Assembly (NCBI GenBank): GCA_965217895.1
Contig: CBDCJV010000002.1
Coordinates: forward strand, 3,456,001 to 3,520,000
Direction: 5' to 3'
DNA from: Waterburya sp.
Lineage (GTDB): Bacteria; Cyanobacteriota; Cyanobacteriia; Cyanobacteriales; Xenococcaceae
DNA: 64,000 bases
Part shown: positions 60,802-64,000 of the stretch, piece by piece
Numbering within the stretch: position 1 is the first letter of the stretch
How the letters are laid out: each line of letters starts with the position of its first letter
Position numbers and translations under genes: made by a program
Notes under the pieces: model-generated
Seen by the model: the letters and a program-made list of their open reading frames with translations, nothing else
Databases searched by the model: none
Told to the model about the DNA's origin: nothing

Positions 60802-60951
60802 ATACTTCTCAATCTAGTTGGGGAAACTACGTAAGCAAAAGCTTTTGCTACTTAAATATTAAGGTAGTCATCAAATTTGAGCGTACCTTACGATCATTTA
60901 TCCTACCCTGTTATTGCTTAATTAAATATAGCTAAATATGTTTTTAAAATA

Positions 60952-61032
60952 GCGATCGCAATATTACTGCATCGGGTTTGATCACTATTGTTTGGGAATA
61001 AAAATCAAATGAGTTTTGGGGAAAGCGATCGC
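60952..61032 (+). repeat. HIP1-to-HIP1 81-bp duplicate of vapC 3' end (other copy 63092..63172)
   Basis: 72/81 identity, both copies begin and end with GCGATCGC. Confidence 0.85.
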
Positions 61033-61097
61033 CTTTTCGGGGATGGAAATGTTGCACATTAATCATTGTGCCGTTACTGTAAATACACAAAAAACAA

Positions 61098-61685
61098 TTA
61101 AGCTGACAAAATATTATTCACAGTGACTTTTAATTCGGGAAAAGTCATCGAATCAACAGTTTCATCGACTGCAAATACTGTTTTGGCGTAGCTTCCTGAC
61201 TCTAAAACTAAAATTGTTATTTTCTGTTGAATAGGATCGACAATCCAATACTCAGGAATACCTATATTTTGGTATTCTGCTGTCTTTTCGCTATAGTCTC
61301 TAGACACTTGTTCAGTACCAGGACTTACTACTTCAACAGCTAACATTAAACCATCTTCAATCACGGCTGAAGAGTTACGGCGATAACTTTGCCAAACTTG
61401 ATTATTGATAACTGCAATATCGGGAATTCTGGCAGAGTTAATCCCAGTTCTAACTCCTACATCACCAGTCTTAACTTTAATATTTAATTTGTACTCTTTG
61501 GCTATAGCTTTGAAACAATCAGCAATGAAGTCAATAATATCTGAATGCAAAAAACTGGCTGGAGGCATTTCTACTAATTTACCTTTAACCAATTCATAAA
61601 CCTCATTAGTGTCATATTCACCATAGTTGAGATATTCTTGATAGGTTATTTCATTTGCGGGTGTAGTGACCATCAGGGGTTGCAT
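61098..61685 (-). CDS. Uma2 family (DUF820) endonuclease
   Basis: YELVKG, RIPDIAV, AVEVVSPG, K..EY...GIPEYWIVDP. Confidence 0.93.
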   Translation of the reverse strand: MQPLMVTTPANEITYQEYLNYGEYDTNEVYELVKGKLVEMPPASFLHSDIIDFIADCFKAIAKEYKLNIKVKTGDVGVRTGINSARIPDIAVINNQVWQSYRRNSSAVIEDGLMLAVEVVSPGTEQVSRDYSEKTAEYQNIGIPEYWIVDPIQQKITILVLESGSYAKTVFAVDETVDSMTFPELKVTVNNILSA

Positions 61686-61917
61686 TCAAAGGATGGTTAT
61701 GGCTTGAATATTTATAATAATACGTTATTTTATTGTCAAGATAGTTGGTCATCTAGATTGATCATAGGGGCGTTTCGCGAAACGCCCCTACGGGGTTTGG
61801 CGGTGTTGGTACGGGGTCGATCGCCAATAATCATGATGATGGAAAAATAATTGGTAATGGCGATCGATTCATGAGGATGCAAATGCTCTAATTTAATTGG
61901 ACTGTCGTTCTTCGAGT

Positions 61918-62194
61918 TTATTTTGCCAGCCATGATTTAATAATTGCTTGCCTAGCAACACCTAAACGAGATGCTTCTCGATCTAAGCCCTCGATCATCT
62001 ACAGGGGCAGATTAACATCGATCTTTTTTTGTTAAAGATTGACTCGCTCGGCATCTGCTAGCTCAAAATATTCCAAGATGCTTTCTTGGTTGCCGTCAAA
62101 CTTTCGCTCTAATTTATTTTTATTGCTTTTCATAAATTCTCACTTCTTCCTGTCTAGTCCTTACTGAAATAAGGCGAATAATTTCATTTCGATA
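61918..62194 (-). pseudogene. Decayed BrnT/BrnA-like toxin-antitoxin pair
   Basis: Manual translation: IIRLISVR (toxin end); KFDGNQESILEYF...MIEGLDREASRLGVARQAIIKSWL with two internal stops. Confidence 0.6.
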
Positions 62195-62502
62195 AAAATT
62201 GCCAGCATTGCAATTAGTTTTTTTAAAATTACATAACGGATATATGACGGATTAATTCTAGACCCTTTATTTTTCTGCTTGTTTTAGTTCTTCTCTTAAA
62301 ACTCGACGTAGTGTTTCTTCAAGAGGTTCTTGCTGAATATGTTGTCGTAACTCTTGGAAAGCGAGGATCTTTAATAAGTTTTTCTATTGTATTACCTGTG
62401 CGATACTGTGACGGCGATCTCCTGTAGTGTTTATCGGGGTCATATTTCATTGGGATTGTCTAAGTTATAATTATTTCAACAATTTAAGAGAAATAATCAA
62501 AA

Positions 62503-62733
62503 ATGTTTCAGTCTGTAAAAGGAGTCTACAAACATGGCTCAATTGAATTAACAGAGATGCCAGAAAATATTGAAGAAAGCCAGGTAATCGTTACATTTCT
62601 AGAAACCAAATTAAAACAGACAAGTAAACGTATGTCTTTTGGAATGTTTACTGGCTCAAAACAATCTAATAAAGATGATTTTGAGATAGCAGAATTTACT
62701 GGAGATCCTGATGACAACTTAAACTGGCAATAA
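62503..62733 (+). CDS. Putative antitoxin (VapB-position)
   Basis: 76 aa, ends 6 bp before PIN toxin. Confidence 0.7.
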   Translation: MFQSVKGVYKHGSIELTEMPENIEESQVIVTFLETKLKQTSKRMSFGMFTGSKQSNKDDFEIAEFTGDPDDNLNWQ

Positions 62734-62739
62734 ACAGTT

Positions 62740-63141
62740 ATGAGGTATGTTGTCGATACTCATGCTTTAGTCTGGTTTTTAGAAGGTAATTCGCGTTTGG
62801 GGACAAATGCCAAAACTATTCTGGCTAATTCTGATAGTCAATTAATTTTGCCTGCGATCGCTCTAGCCGAAGCAGTTTGGATTGTCGATCGTGCTAGAAC
62901 ATCAATTCCTTCAGTAGTAGATTTACTCGATGCAGTAAGTGCCGATCCTAGAATAGCAATTTATCCGCTAGACAAAGCTGTTATTGAGCAAAGTATTAGC
63001 TTGTCTGCTATTACCGAGATGCACGATCGATTAATCGTAGCTACTGCACTTATCTTAGAAAATAGAGGAGAAAATATTGCATTGTTGACTTGCGATCGCA
63101 ATATTACTGCATCGAGTTTAATCTCTATTATTTGGGAATAA
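62740..63141 (+). CDS. PIN domain VapC-type toxin
   Basis: YVVDTHALVW, MHDRLIVATA, LLTCD. Confidence 0.9.
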   Translation: MRYVVDTHALVWFLEGNSRLGTNAKTILANSDSQLILPAIALAEAVWIVDRARTSIPSVVDLLDAVSADPRIAIYPLDKAVIEQSISLSAITEMHDRLIVATALILENRGENIALLTCDRNITASSLISIIWE

Positions 63142-63188
63142 AAATAATATGGGTTTTGGGTAAGGCGATCGCCCCAACAGGGTTTCAT

Positions 63189-63730
63189 TTACCATTTTGA
63201 GAGGTTATCTGGATGCAACTGATCTATTGACCAGGATCGGGGATTGTTGATGATGTATTGGCGAATTTTATCCATTGCGTCCTGGTTACGGATAATGTGT
63301 TCGTAATAATTACGTTGCCATAACGTCGTTCCTGGTGCATCACGTAAGATATCGATTTTTTTGGTGGAAACGGTTTTGAATGCACCGATTAAACCTCCCA
63401 ATGGTTTACGTTGTTTATTGATTACATTGGCGTTATGCCGTTTATTTGTCGTAGGGGTTCGTCGGTAATAACCATGATTGCATGGAAATGATTCGGCATC
63501 ACAATCCATTCATCGGTGTACAAATACGGATAACGTTGACACAACCATTGCCATTCATCGGCAACGATCGCACCATATTGATTCAAAACCATTTGCCCAT
63601 CAACCACATCACCAAATAAACATTGTCGTTGATACGCACATATTGTCACAAAATACGCCCCCGATTGGCTATAATCATATCCTGGTAATCGGATTGACCG
63701 CCTGTGGTGTTTGTCGAGGTCATATTTCAT
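63189..63730 (-). pseudogene. REP-associated tyrosine transposase (RAYT), frameshifted
   Basis: RRSIRL.GYDYS..GAYFVTIC and VMPNHFH in one frame; WQRNYYEHIIRN in another. Confidence 0.85.
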
Positions 63731-64000
63731 TAATTTAATCTCCATGCTTAACCCAATCCGTCATATTGACGAACTCTTCTTTTCAGATGTTCTCTTAGAG
63801 ACAAAAGCGATCGCAGAAAATAGATTCACATCAATATGACAATTTATCGCTGCAAATCAATTTAGAAAAATCAACTTTCCTCTGGCAATTTGACACTAAT
63901 ACTTTATCGCTTCGCTCTTATAATTTTATTAATCCAAAACTAATTTGAATTGCTCGTTCGACTTGTTTCATTGATGTCAAAGTAAGTTTACCTAACCGTT

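Overview
Cyanobacterial chromosome segment: AT-rich, roughly one HIP1 octamer GCGATCGC per kb, with ndhN, GUN4 and ictB. Host genes include a two-partner secretion/CHAT cluster, terC-like, ruvA, nth, rseP, ilvC, icd, smpB and mutL. There is also a decayed IS701, REP/short dispersed repeats, a RAYT pseudogene and a toxin-antitoxin patch. The main feature is a ~15.1 kb HIP1-depleted integrated element (~12155-27275) directly downstream of tRNA-Asp(GTC). It encodes an intact tyrosine integrase, RHH-like regulators, a P-loop NTPase, a DUF1064-like nuclease, a GH24 lysozyme and a block of unrecognised, possibly structural genes. I could not recognise a terminase, portal, HK97 capsid, tail or Zot, so it may be a small temperate cyanophage or phage-like element of an unrecognised type. 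Its ends are unusual. There is no duplicated tRNA-Asp fragment; the right end instead carries a different tRNA-like T-arm/acceptor in exact register with the tRNA-Asp 3' end. The left end carries a 23/25-nt antisense copy of the tRNA-Asp anticodon arm beside arm-type repeats. Product calls come from motif recognition by eye; no database searches were run.
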